The position numbers and the translations under genes are program-made. Positions 20,106 to 29,691 of a DNA stretch of 51,017 bases are shown here, piece by piece. The first letter of the stretch is position 1. Each line of letters starts with the position of its first letter. The DNA lies in the NCBI GenBank assembly GCA_016938835.1, contig JAFGTW010000008.1, positions 1 through 51,017 on the forward strand. The letters run 5' to 3'. Source of the DNA: Patescibacteria group bacterium. Lineage in GTDB: Bacteria > Patescibacteriota > Patescibacteriia > Patescibacteriales > UBA12465. Under the pieces are notes generated by a model, which made no database searches, was not told where the DNA came from, and saw only the letters and a list, made by a program, of their open reading frames with translations.

Positions 20106-20522
20106 ATGTTAAATTTTTTTTCAGCACGTAAAAACAAACTAATCATTAACGAAGAAACATCTGCTGTTAATGACTGGATAGAAAAAGAAGGCATCTCTGA
20201 GGGACAGCTGTCTATTGATGTCTATCACACTGATAAAAAGATTATCATTCAATCAACTATTGCCGGAGCGCAGCCAGAAGATTTAAAAATATCTCTTCAC
20301 CATGATCTTTTAACCATTCATGGTACAAGGAAACAACCACAAACAGTTAATGAAGACCAATATTTATACCGAGAATGCTACTGGGGACCATTTTCTCGCT
20401 CCATTATTCTTCCGGCCCAAGTTGACAACCGTAAAGTTGAAGCTATTATTGAAAACGGCGTTTTAACAATTACACTGACAAAAGTGGAAAGTGAAAACAT
20501 TACTGTTAATTTCAAATCCTAA
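20106..20522 (+). CDS. Hsp20/alpha-crystallin small heat shock protein
   Basis: IDVY, LTIHGTR, ECYWGPFSRSIILP, NGVLTITL. Confidence 0.92.
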   Translation: MLNFFSARKNKLIINEETSAVNDWIEKEGISEGQLSIDVYHTDKKIIIQSTIAGAQPEDLKISLHHDLLTIHGTRKQPQTVNEDQYLYRECYWGPFSRSIILPAQVDNRKVEAIIENGVLTITLTKVESENITVNFKS

Positions 20523-20523
20523 T

Positions 20524-20715
20524 ATGAATTACGAACTTACAGTAATCGATTTCAAGGACGATGAAGTAATTCTTCAAGATAAAGAGAACAGATTAATTTA
20601 TTGGCCTAAAGATAAACTACTACAAATACCAGAGATTGGACAAACTTTAATTTTTTCCATTGGCGACAATAACAAGGCAGAGTTACTTAATGAACTCCTA
20701 GGTATGGAAAATTAA
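20524..20715 (+). CDS. Small hypothetical protein (possibly DUF3006-like)
   Basis: ATG 1 nt after the hsp20 stop; 63 aa; family guess from VID...WPKDKL pattern. Confidence 0.6.
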   Translation: MNYELTVIDFKDDEVILQDKENRLIYWPKDKLLQIPEIGQTLIFSIGDNNKAELLNELLGMEN

Positions 20716-20725
20716 CGCTTATCAT

Positions 20726-22558
20726 ATGAAAAAACCTAAACTAATTATAATTACCACGATTGCTTTAGTTGTGGTTTTTTTATTTATTGTCTTAATTTTA
20801 AACGAACAAAATAAAACATCTACCAATATTCTACAAGACAATCTATACTATGGCTCTTTAGATATTAGCTCTATAGATTTAAGTACGGCTGAAGCAAAAA
20901 TAAGAAAGGCCACAAATGAACGCGAAAATCTTGGCTTAATAATTAATTATGGTACAGAAAATCTAAACATTCCTGCAACTGCATCTTCTTTTGACTCTGA
21001 TTTATCTTATTTTAATTTCAGATATAATTTAGAAAACATTAAATCAACTTTAGCTAACTACAAACAAAAAAATTCCCTAAATCGTTGGTGGCGGAAATAC
21101 ATTAGTAGACAAATTACAGTCATTCAACCTGAACTAGAGATAAATGAAGAACATCTAAAAACATTAGTCAAAGATTCATTCACAGATATTACTATTCAAG
21201 CCATTGACGCTGCTTTTATTTTTAGGGATGATACTATAACTATTAGTGAAGAGCGACCAGGTAAAACTGTTGATTGGCTATATTTTTTTGACTCAATTAA
21301 TCAAAATTTAAGTGATATAAATACTGACGCCATTAATGTTCGCACTAAAACAGCCTATCCAGAAATTTATCAGCAAGATCTTAACGGAGAAGAAGAAACT
21401 GCCCGTCAATTAACTAATAAAAATTTATCTTTAAAATATGAAGATAGAATTTGGAATGTAAATCGCGAAACGATTGCTTCCTGGCTTAGCGTTAATAAAA
21501 ATGGCGATAAAATTGAATTAAATTTTAATCCTGATCGTATTGCTAAATATTTAGAAGAAATAATATCACCCGATGTGAATGTCCCCCCTCAGGAACCACG
21601 TTTTGAAGTCAAGGATAATAAAGTTTCCAGTTGGCAGCTTGGTAAAGATGGATATGAACTAAACCTCAATCAAAGTGCCCAATTAATAATCAATGGTTAC
21701 ACTAAAAATGCTACAAATAATGAAGTTGAGTTGGCTATTAATATTATTAAACCGACAGAAGCTAATGCTCTTGAAATTAAAGAAATTATTGGAACTGGGT
21801 CATCTAACTTTGCCGGCTCACCTAGCAACCGTCGTCATAATATAGCTACTGGTGCCGCCGCTGTACATGGACTCATTATTAAGCCTGGTGAAGAATTTTC
21901 TTTAGTTGAAAACCTAGGTGAAATTGATGAAAATAGCGGATATTTACCAGAGCTAGTTATAAAAGATAATAAAACTATACCTGAATACGGTGGTGGCCTT
22001 TGTCAAGTTGCCACTACTATTTTTCGAGCCGCTCTAGCTACTGGTCTACCAATAACAGCTAGAAGCAATCATTCTTATCGGGTGTCATATTATGAACCAG
22101 CCGGCACAGATGCCTCTGTTTATGACCCCTGGCCAGACATTCGTTTTGTTAATGATTCCCCAACAAATATTTTAATCCAATCGCGAATAGAGGGTAATGA
22201 AATATTTTTTGATTTCTGGGGAGAGGAAGATGGTCGCGTCGCCACTACTACTGATCCTGTTATTTATAATATTACCCCGCCACAGCCAACAAAAATAATT
22301 GAGACCGATGAGCTGGCACCAGGAGAGAAAAAATGCACTGAAAAAGCTCATAACGGTGCTGATGCTTATTTCGACTACACCGTTACTTATCCAGAGGGAG
22401 CAACGAGCTCACCATTAGAAAAAATTAAACGCTTCTCATCTCACTACGTTCCTTGGCAAGAAGTTTGTCTAGTCGGTAGAGAGGCCACTTCAACTCCAGA
22501 TATAATTAGTAGTAGCACTACCCCAATTCTAGATATTATTCCCGCACTTCAACCATAA
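20726..22558 (+). CDS. VanW-family protein with putative peptidoglycan-binding domains
   Basis: N-terminal TM; NRRHNI, PGEEFS, GGGLCQVATTIFRA, RSNHSY. Confidence 0.9.
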   Translation: MKKPKLIIITTIALVVVFLFIVLILNEQNKTSTNILQDNLYYGSLDISSIDLSTAEAKIRKATNERENLGLIINYGTENLNIPATASSFDSDLSYFNFRYNLENIKSTLANYKQKNSLNRWWRKYISRQITVIQPELEINEEHLKTLVKDSFTDITIQAIDAAFIFRDDTITISEERPGKTVDWLYFFDSINQNLSDINTDAINVRTKTAYPEIYQQDLNGEEETARQLTNKNLSLKYEDRIWNVNRETIASWLSVNKNGDKIELNFNPDRIAKYLEEIISPDVNVPPQEPRFEVKDNKVSSWQLGKDGYELNLNQSAQLIINGYTKNATNNEVELAINIIKPTEANALEIKEIIGTGSSNFAGSPSNRRHNIATGAAAVHGLIIKPGEEFSLVENLGEIDENSGYLPELVIKDNKTIPEYGGGLCQVATTIFRAALATGLPITARSNHSYRVSYYEPAGTDASVYDPWPDIRFVNDSPTNILIQSRIEGNEIFFDFWGEEDGRVATTTDPVIYNITPPQPTKIIETDELAPGEKKCTEKAHNGADAYFDYTVTYPEGATSSPLEKIKRFSSHYVPWQEVCLVGREATSTPDIISSSTTPILDIIPALQP

Positions 22559-22580
22559 AAAAATAATAAAAAATACAAAT

Positions 22581-22610
22581 AAAAAACCTCTTTTTATAAA
22601 AGAGGTTTTT
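22581..22610. terminator. Bidirectional terminator
   Basis: AAAAACCTCTTTT/AAAAGAGGTTTTT inverted repeat. Confidence 0.7.
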
Positions 22611-22786
22611 AAAATAAAAAGACCATCTCAAACGGGTAGGCAAGAAAATATCTTCTAGGAGCTACCGAGCCAACCATTAATGCCTCTTTATAAAGCAACA
22701 ATGGTAGGCCCAAAAACCCTAGGAAGAAAATCCCCATGCTTGTCGTGCCTGACCCGTTTCAAATGGCCTTTTATTTTTTTAAGCAA
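22611..22786 (-). ncRNA. Candidate rod-shaped ncRNA with central bubble (6S RNA-like)
   Basis: Closing stem GGCCATTTGAAACGGGTCAGGCA/TGCCTACCCGTTTGAGATGGTC, asymmetric bubble, apical stems; promoter TTGACA-17-TATATT with TG at 22793-22821; terminator downstream. Confidence 0.6.
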
Positions 22787-22854
22787 CTATTTAATATATC
22801 ACACATAAAATGCTTTGTCAATAGTGTTGTCCACAACTTAACCAACAAACAAAC

Positions 22855-23685
22855 CTAAGGGCCTTTATTAAGATATATTTTCTTATTATTAGCATAAATT
22901 ATAAGTGAGCCTAGTTCGTCACTTCGCCATATTTTTAAAGCGAACATCCTCAACTGTGTTAAAGTGCTTTTTGCCGGATGATTATAAGAATTATTAGCTC
23001 CCACTGAAATAAATGCCAAATATGGAGAAACTGCCTTAATAAAAGAAGCTGAACTAGCTGAAGCAGATCCATGATGAGAAATTTTTAAAATCTGAGCTTG
23101 CCAATTAAAATTATTGCGTAATAAAGATTCTTCTCTTTTCTTGTTAGCATCACCGGCGGCCACGAGACTTAGACCATCACATTGAAAATGCAGAGCAATA
23201 GATAAATCATTTTTATCCTTACTGTTAATAAAGTCTTGATCTGGAGGAAAAAGGCAAAGCATACAATCTTGACCTAAGTTATAACAACGATTTGTGCTTA
23301 ACTGCTCACTAATAACATTATTATTTTCAGCTGCCTTAAGCAATGCAACTGAACTCTGACTGCTTAAACCAGTTGGCATAATTAACTTATCTACTTGATA
23401 GCGTTCTAATATTTCCGGCAAAGCGGTAAGATGATCTTCATGATCATGACTAAGAATAATCATATTAATATGATTGACGCCAAATCCAAGCCAATGGCCA
23501 AGTCCATTTAAACTATCCCAATTTGGTCCACCATCAACCACAATTATTTTTCCAGTCGTAGTTTTTAAAGCAAAAGAATCACCCTGGCCAACGTCAAAAA
23601 AAATAATTTCAGCTCTAGACATTGGTTGAAAAATATAATAAGAAAAGAAACTAACAATAAAAATTAAAAAGATTAGGTAACGCAT
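22855..23685 (-). CDS. ComEC/Rec2-related metallo-beta-lactamase-fold protein (MBL domain only)
   Basis: FFDVGQGDS, VDGG, SHDHEDH, GDA, LKISHHGS, SVGANNSYNHP; start moved to ATG 23685. Confidence 0.9.
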   Translation of the reverse strand: MRYLIFLIFIVSFFSYYIFQPMSRAEIIFFDVGQGDSFALKTTTGKIIVVDGGPNWDSLNGLGHWLGFGVNHINMIILSHDHEDHLTALPEILERYQVDKLIMPTGLSSQSSVALLKAAENNNVISEQLSTNRCYNLGQDCMLCLFPPDQDFINSKDKNDLSIALHFQCDGLSLVAAGDANKKREESLLRNNFNWQAQILKISHHGSASASSASFIKAVSPYLAFISVGANNSYNHPAKSTLTQLRMFALKIWRSDELGSLIIYANNKKIYLNKGP

Positions 23686-23816
23686 CTTATAATTATAACG
23701 AGTAGCAGATAAACAAAAGATAATCACAAAATAATCTTTTTCTATACAAAAACCACCCAAAAAGGGCGGTCTTTGTATAATTTTCAAAATTAATAAAATT
23801 TCAAAATTTCAAAATT

Positions 23817-23975
23817 TTATTTCTTTTTCTTTGCAACCTTCTTCACAGCTTTCTTAACAACTTTTTTAGGAGCTGCCTTCTTAACTGCTTTCTTTGCAAC
23901 CTTCTTCACAGCTTTCTTAACAACTTTTTTAGGAGCTGCCTTCTTAACTGCTTTTTTTACTTTTTTAGTAGCCAT
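23817..23975 (-). CDS. 52-aa Lys/Ala/Val-rich histone H1-like protein (absent from ORF track)
   Basis: Hand translation MATKKVKKAVKKAAPKKVVKKAVKKVAKKAVKKAAPKKVVKKAVKKVAKKKK; strong SD; promoter TTGCTA-17-TATAAT at 24068-24096. Confidence 0.9.
   Translation of the reverse strand: MATKKVKKAVKKAAPKKVVKKAVKKVAKKAVKKAAPKKVVKKAVKKVAKKKK
23826..23954. repeat. Perfect 63-bp tandem duplication within the H1-like gene
   Basis: 23826-23888 equals 23889-23951; encodes a 21-aa unit. Confidence 0.92.
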
Positions 23976-24180
23976 ATATTTCACCTCCTTTCTGGGAAAT
24001 TTCCCATTTATTTTTTCTAAATAAATTAAAATAATTTTTTTAGAAATAATTTTTATTAATTACTAATATTATACCTCGCGGTAAAATTTATAGCAATAGT
24101 TTTTAGTACAAAAAATAAAAAAAATAAAAAAGAGTTAAAACTCTTTTTTAAAAAAATTATTTATCTTCTAAAATTTTTCT

Positions 24181-25569
24181 TTATAGCCTTTCTTGAAAAT
24201 ATTTTTTTACTTCATCTGCTTTAATTTGTACTTGTTCCATTGTGTCGCGATCGCGCACTGTCACTAATCCTTTTTCTAAAGTATCAAAATCAATTGTTAA
24301 ACAATAAGGCGTACCAATTTCGTCCTGACGGCGATAACGCTTGCCAATATTACCATTATCATCAAACTCACAACGCCAATCTTGCTTCAAGTCATCAAAA
24401 AATTCTTTGGCCTTAGTTACTAACTCCGGCTTATTTTTTAATAATGGAAAGACGGCGATCTTAATTGGTGCTAATTTTACTGGTAAGGCTAAGACTGTTC
24501 TAACATCATCAGCAATTTTTTCTTCACGATAGCTTTCGGTTAAAACTGCCAAGAAAGTTCTGCCCACCCCAGCTGAAGTTTCAACAATATGAGGAATATA
24601 TTTTTCATTATTAGCTTGATCAAGATAATTTAAATCAATTCCCGATGCCTTAGCGTGCACTGACAAGTCATAATCTCCACGTGCATGAACGCCTTCAAGT
24701 TCTTTAAAGCCGAAAGGAAATTTATATTCAATGTCGTAAGCTTCTTTAGCATAAAAAACTAAATTCTCATGCTTATGCCACTGTAAATTCTCTTCCTTAA
24801 TTCCTAAACTTAAATAAAATTGCCAACGAATATCTCGCCACTGCTCAAAATACTTCATATCATCACCTGGCTTCACAAAATATTGCATTTCCATCTGTTC
24901 AAATTCACGAGTACGAAAAATAAACTGACGAGCAGTAATTTCATTACGAAAAGCTTTGCCAATTTGAGCAATGCCAAAAGGAATCTTAACTCGAGTAGAA
25001 TCTAAAACATTTTTATAATTTGAATAAATACCTTGACAAGTCTCTCCACGTAAATAAGTGGGTTCTTTAGTCCAGTCACCAGTAAAGTTTCCTAAATTTG
25101 ATTGCACTAAAAGATTAAAATTCTTAGCAGGGGTGAAATCATTAGCGCCACAAGTTGGACACTTAATTTTTTCTTTATTTTTTTCAAAAATTTCATTAAT
25201 TTCTTCTTCGCTCATTTTTTCATCAGCAAAAACACCCGCTTCCTCTAACAAACTGTCTAAACGTAACCGACTATGACATTTACGACATTCAGTTAATGGA
25301 TCAGAAAAACCTTTAACATGACCGGAAGCTTGCCAAATTTTAGGACTCATAAAAATGGCGGAATCCAAACCAACAACATCATCACGCAACTGCGTCATTG
25401 CCTTCCACCATTCTTTTTTAATATTGTTAGCCAGCTCAACTCCATAAGGGCCAAAGTCATACACAGCCGTAAAGCCATCATAAATTTCCGAAGAAGGAAA
25501 AACAAAGCCACGACGCTTACAAAGCGATACGATCTTTTCTAAAACATTATTCTGTTCTTTTTTATTCAT
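24181..25569 (-). CDS. glyQS: Glycyl-tRNA synthetase, alpha2 homodimeric type
   Basis: KRRGFVFPSSEIY, YLRGETCQG, FRTREFEQME, IGKRYRRQDEIGTP. Confidence 0.96.
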   Translation of the reverse strand: MNKKEQNNVLEKIVSLCKRRGFVFPSSEIYDGFTAVYDFGPYGVELANNIKKEWWKAMTQLRDDVVGLDSAIFMSPKIWQASGHVKGFSDPLTECRKCHSRLRLDSLLEEAGVFADEKMSEEEINEIFEKNKEKIKCPTCGANDFTPAKNFNLLVQSNLGNFTGDWTKEPTYLRGETCQGIYSNYKNVLDSTRVKIPFGIAQIGKAFRNEITARQFIFRTREFEQMEMQYFVKPGDDMKYFEQWRDIRWQFYLSLGIKEENLQWHKHENLVFYAKEAYDIEYKFPFGFKELEGVHARGDYDLSVHAKASGIDLNYLDQANNEKYIPHIVETSAGVGRTFLAVLTESYREEKIADDVRTVLALPVKLAPIKIAVFPLLKNKPELVTKAKEFFDDLKQDWRCEFDDNGNIGKRYRRQDEIGTPYCLTIDFDTLEKGLVTVRDRDTMEQVQIKADEVKKYFQERL

Positions 25570-25587
25570 AAAATTATTAATATCAAA

Positions 25588-27294
25588 TTACATTTCTTCC
25601 AAATAATTTATACCCAACAATGAAAAGCCATTCTTAAAAACCTGCTGAATAGCTTGAAGTAAGGCTAGTCTAGCTAAAACAAGGTTTGCTTCTGCTTTTA
25701 AAACTGGAACTTCATGATAGTAGTCATTGAACTGCTGCGCCAATTCAAATAAATAACGAGAAATGACAGCTGGATCCTTTTGTTCGCCAGCCTTTAAAAC
25801 GCTATCTGCAAATCTTTCTAGAAAAACGGCCAGGCTTTTTTCTTTAACATGACTTAATAAAGATAAATCAGCCTTTTTAACATTACTTGCTCCTTTACGC
25901 AAAATACTAGCTAAGCGAGCGCCGCTATATTGCAAATAAGCAGCTGTGTAGCCCTCAAAACGCAAGGCCTCATCAATATCAAAGGTAATTACCTTGTCAG
26001 CGCTAACTTTTAACATCTCAAATTTTAAAGCGGCTATTGCTAGAGAATTAGCGGTCTCTTTAATTTGAATCTCTGTCCAATCTTCATGGCGGCTAGCAAC
26101 TTCTTTTTCTGCTCGAGCATAAGCTTCCTCCCAAACTTGATTATAAGTAATAACATTACCACTACGAGAAGACATCATACCGCTTTTTAAAGCCACAAAA
26201 TCATAGCCAAGATGAGATATACGTGTTTTTTCACCAGCTAATTCAAATATTTTAGCTAACTGCTTAAAATATAATCCCTGACGAATATCAACAACATAAA
26301 TAGATTCTTCAATTTTATAATCATTAAATTTTTTTTTCGCTAAAGCTAAATCAGCCACAGGATAAAGAGCGGTGCCATCAGACCTAACAATTGGCAATAC
26401 GCCTAAATCATATTTTTCTAAATCAGCAATAATAGCTCCTTGGCTTTTTTTGAATATTCCTTTGTTTAAAAATTCTTGAACCAATCTTAAACCGTCATCA
26501 ATAACTTCGCTTTCATAAAAAATATGTTCAAATTGAATATTAAAATGTTTATATATTGCATCGAAATACGCAATACTCCAAGCACGAGTATCTTCCCATA
26601 ATTTATAATTTACCCCATTCCGACTCTCTATTTCTTTCATAATAGCCACAATTTCATCTTTTTTCTCGGGTGATTCAGTTAATTCCCTATTGGCATCAGC
26701 ATAACACTGTCCCAATAAATATCCCTTATCTTGAACGCTCTTGCTTAGCTCTTGATAGTGAAATTTATTTTGACCTTTTTGAAAAGCCCACAAAGTTTTA
26801 GCTACATGAATACCAAAATCATTAATATAAGAAACGGGAATAGCATGATAATTACAAAAATTTAATATTTTAGTAACAGAGTCGCCATAAAAAAGATTAC
26901 GTAAGTGGCCAATATGATATTCCTTATGCGTGTTAGCATTAGAGTATTCTACCATTACGCCGTTATTAGAACCGTTATCTTGTTGACCAAAATTATTACC
27001 ATTAACCTGAATATCGTTAATAACTCCGGCTAACAACGACTCTGTTTGCAAATAGAAATTTAAATAAGGACCAACAGCTCTTACCTCAATAATATACTGT
27101 TTCAGATTAATATCATTATTTAATTTTTGAGATAACTCTTGAGCTAAATTAACTGGATTTAACCCACGACTCTTAGCCAAAGCAAATAAAGGCAAGCTTA
27201 GCTCTCCCATCTCTATTTGAGGCGGATATACAAAATCTAAAGCGGCCACTCCTAATATTTCACCTAATTTATTTTTTATTTCCTCTAAATACAT
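25588..27294 (-). CDS. argS: Arginyl-tRNA synthetase
   Basis: GPYLNF, VEYSNAN, HIGHLRN, MSSRSG, YLQY..AR. Confidence 0.96.
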   Translation of the reverse strand: MYLEEIKNKLGEILGVAALDFVYPPQIEMGELSLPLFALAKSRGLNPVNLAQELSQKLNNDINLKQYIIEVRAVGPYLNFYLQTESLLAGVINDIQVNGNNFGQQDNGSNNGVMVEYSNANTHKEYHIGHLRNLFYGDSVTKILNFCNYHAIPVSYINDFGIHVAKTLWAFQKGQNKFHYQELSKSVQDKGYLLGQCYADANRELTESPEKKDEIVAIMKEIESRNGVNYKLWEDTRAWSIAYFDAIYKHFNIQFEHIFYESEVIDDGLRLVQEFLNKGIFKKSQGAIIADLEKYDLGVLPIVRSDGTALYPVADLALAKKKFNDYKIEESIYVVDIRQGLYFKQLAKIFELAGEKTRISHLGYDFVALKSGMMSSRSGNVITYNQVWEEAYARAEKEVASRHEDWTEIQIKETANSLAIAALKFEMLKVSADKVITFDIDEALRFEGYTAAYLQYSGARLASILRKGASNVKKADLSLLSHVKEKSLAVFLERFADSVLKAGEQKDPAVISRYLFELAQQFNDYYHEVPVLKAEANLVLARLALLQAIQQVFKNGFSLLGINYLEEM

Positions 27295-27296
27295 AC

Positions 27297-28526
27297 TTAT
27301 TTAACTAGAAGCTTTACAAACTGACGCTTACCTCTTTGAATAATTAAATTTGATACAACTTTAATTTCTGCTTGGGTGTCTTTAATAGTAGTCAATCCAT
27401 TAATTGGACCTACTTTTACACCACCCTGTTCAATTACTCGCTTAGCTTCGCCTCGGCTAGAGCTTAAGCCGAGTAACGAAACTAAATCAATTAATTTATA
27501 TTCACCTGGTTCAACCTCTTTTACCTCAACATCTTCAGGTACCTCTTTATTTTGTATGGTTTTAATAAAATTATCTTGTGCGGCATTAGCGTTTTTCTCT
27601 CCATGATTAATGGCCGTAATCTCCCAAGCCAAACGCATTTTAGCGTCACGAGGACTTAATTCTCCATTGGCTATATTACTATTAATGCTTTTAACTTCAT
27701 CCCAAGGTAAATTAGTGCATAATTCAAAAGCGGATGTTAAAACTCCGTCTGCCCAAGACATAACCTTGCCATACATATCATTAGCATTTTCATCAAGCAT
27801 AACAATGTTACCCTCGCTCTTTCCCATTTTTTTACCATCATTGTCAGTTAACAATTTCATGGTCAAAACATTTTTATCCTTGCCTTTGGTGGCCTTTAAT
27901 AAATCACGCCCACACATCATATTAAACATCTGATCATTTCCGCCAACCTCTACATCAACATCAAGTGCTACGCTATCATAGGCTTGAGCTAAAGGATATA
28001 AAAATTCATGTAAAAAAATTGGTTTTTCTTCAGATAAACGTTTCTGAAACATGTCCCTCTGAATCATTTGTTGAACGGTAAAATTGGCAGATAATTCAAT
28101 TAAGTCTTTAAAGCTTAGTTTATCGTGCCATTCGTTATTATAACGCAATTCAGCTGGATTATTGCCATCAAAATCTAAATAAGCTTTTGCTTGTTGATGA
28201 AAATTAGTAGCATTACTCATTACTTCTTCACGAGTCAATTGTTTGCGTGCAGCACTTTTGTCTGTAGGATCTCCAATCATGCCAGTAAAGCCACCAATTA
28301 AAAAAATCACTTTATGTCCCAATCTCTGAAACTGAGATAGCTTAGATAAGGCAATAGCATTACCTATATGCAAGGAAGATGCGCTGGGATCAAAGCCACA
28401 ATATATGCGCAAAACTTTACCAGCTAAAAGCTTTTTTTCTAGTTCATTTTTTACAGGATAGACTTTCTCTACACCTCTTTCTAAAATTTCTGTAATTAAT
28501 TTTTTGTCAGCATTTATTTTTGCCAT
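27297..28526 (-). CDS. tyrS: Tyrosyl-tRNA synthetase
   Basis: YCGFDP, HIGN, IGDPT, YPLAQAYD, GGNDQ, KMGKS, C-terminal S4. Confidence 0.97.
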   Translation of the reverse strand: MAKINADKKLITEILERGVEKVYPVKNELEKKLLAGKVLRIYCGFDPSASSLHIGNAIALSKLSQFQRLGHKVIFLIGGFTGMIGDPTDKSAARKQLTREEVMSNATNFHQQAKAYLDFDGNNPAELRYNNEWHDKLSFKDLIELSANFTVQQMIQRDMFQKRLSEEKPIFLHEFLYPLAQAYDSVALDVDVEVGGNDQMFNMMCGRDLLKATKGKDKNVLTMKLLTDNDGKKMGKSEGNIVMLDENANDMYGKVMSWADGVLTSAFELCTNLPWDEVKSINSNIANGELSPRDAKMRLAWEITAINHGEKNANAAQDNFIKTIQNKEVPEDVEVKEVEPGEYKLIDLVSLLGLSSSRGEAKRVIEQGGVKVGPINGLTTIKDTQAEIKVVSNLIIQRGKRQFVKLLVK

Positions 28527-28644
28527 AAATACTTGGTAATAATTTATTAAATATGATACAATAATAGCAAACCTAAGTTAATTTTTCAATCTAAAAAGAT
28601 TTAATTTTTATTATATTTATAATAGTTAATTTTAATATAACTTT

Positions 28645-29616
28645 ATGTTCTCTTATCGCATTTTTCTCAAACAAGCTTGGATTATTACCAAAAAATATAA
28701 ACATCTTTGGTTCTTTGGTATTTTTGCCTCATTAACTGCTATTGGTGGTGAATATCAGCTTATTACTCAAGGTTTCAATGCTCGTCCAGGCGGACACTTC
28801 GTTGATAACGGAATCCTCATTATTTATAACCTTTTTAACCCTACATTTTATAGCAGCTTAGGTCAACTAGCAACTACAAACATTTCCGCTTTCTGGTCTT
28901 TAATTAGCGTTATTGTCTTAGCTATATTATTGATACTAATCATGATTTATCTGGCTATTACTTCTCAAGCTGCCTTAGTTGAACAAAGTGCTCGTTTAAT
29001 GTTAAGCAAAAAAAAGAACGAAAAGTTAGGTATTAATGAGGGAATAATTTTTGGACGTCGCCATTTTTGGCCAGTTTTAGGTTTAAATCTTAGCAATAAC
29101 TTTATTATTAGCGCCTGTCTATTAATTGTAAGTTTACCCTTGATTTTCTTATTAATAACTGATTCTGTTGCTATTAATTTAACATATTCCGCCTTATTTA
29201 TTATATTTGTACCAATTGCTCTAGCTATTTCCCTGATTATGAAATACGCCATAGCCGCACAAGTTTTAGAAAACAATAGCTTTATTACTTCGATTGAAAA
29301 AGCTTGGAAAATATTTTATAAAAATTGGCTAGTTAGCTTAGAAATGGCTATTATTCAATTTTTAATTAGTTTTATCGTGGGCTTAGTAATCTTAATTATA
29401 ATTTCTTTATTTTTTATACCCTTATTACTGTTATCTTTTCAGCTATCCTTGCCATTACTCGCGTCCCTAAGCTTTATTTTAATTATTGCAAGCATGATTA
29501 TAGTCGCTTCGATCTTAAACACTTTCCAAATTTCTACCTGGACTAGTTTATATTTGCACCTCCAACAAAAAAGAGGTATTAGTAAAATAGAACGTTTTTT
29601 CAGGAATAACCGATAA
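28645..29616 (+). CDS. Hypothetical polytopic membrane protein
   Basis: 323 aa with several hydrophobic segments. Confidence 0.75.
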   Translation: MFSYRIFLKQAWIITKKYKHLWFFGIFASLTAIGGEYQLITQGFNARPGGHFVDNGILIIYNLFNPTFYSSLGQLATTNISAFWSLISVIVLAILLILIMIYLAITSQAALVEQSARLMLSKKKNEKLGINEGIIFGRRHFWPVLGLNLSNNFIISACLLIVSLPLIFLLITDSVAINLTYSALFIIFVPIALAISLIMKYAIAAQVLENNSFITSIEKAWKIFYKNWLVSLEMAIIQFLISFIVGLVILIIISLFFIPLLLLSFQLSLPLLASLSFILIIASMIIVASILNTFQISTWTSLYLHLQQKRGISKIERFFRNNR

Positions 29617-29691
29617 TTTTAAGCTTTTTAAAAGCCGCGGCCAGGGCTGCTAATTTGCGGCAGATTAGCTGCGGCTATTAAATATTTAACT

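Noticed and set aside
23826-23954. CRISPR-like repeat
   Set aside because: Head-to-tail coding duplication without spacers; no cas genes
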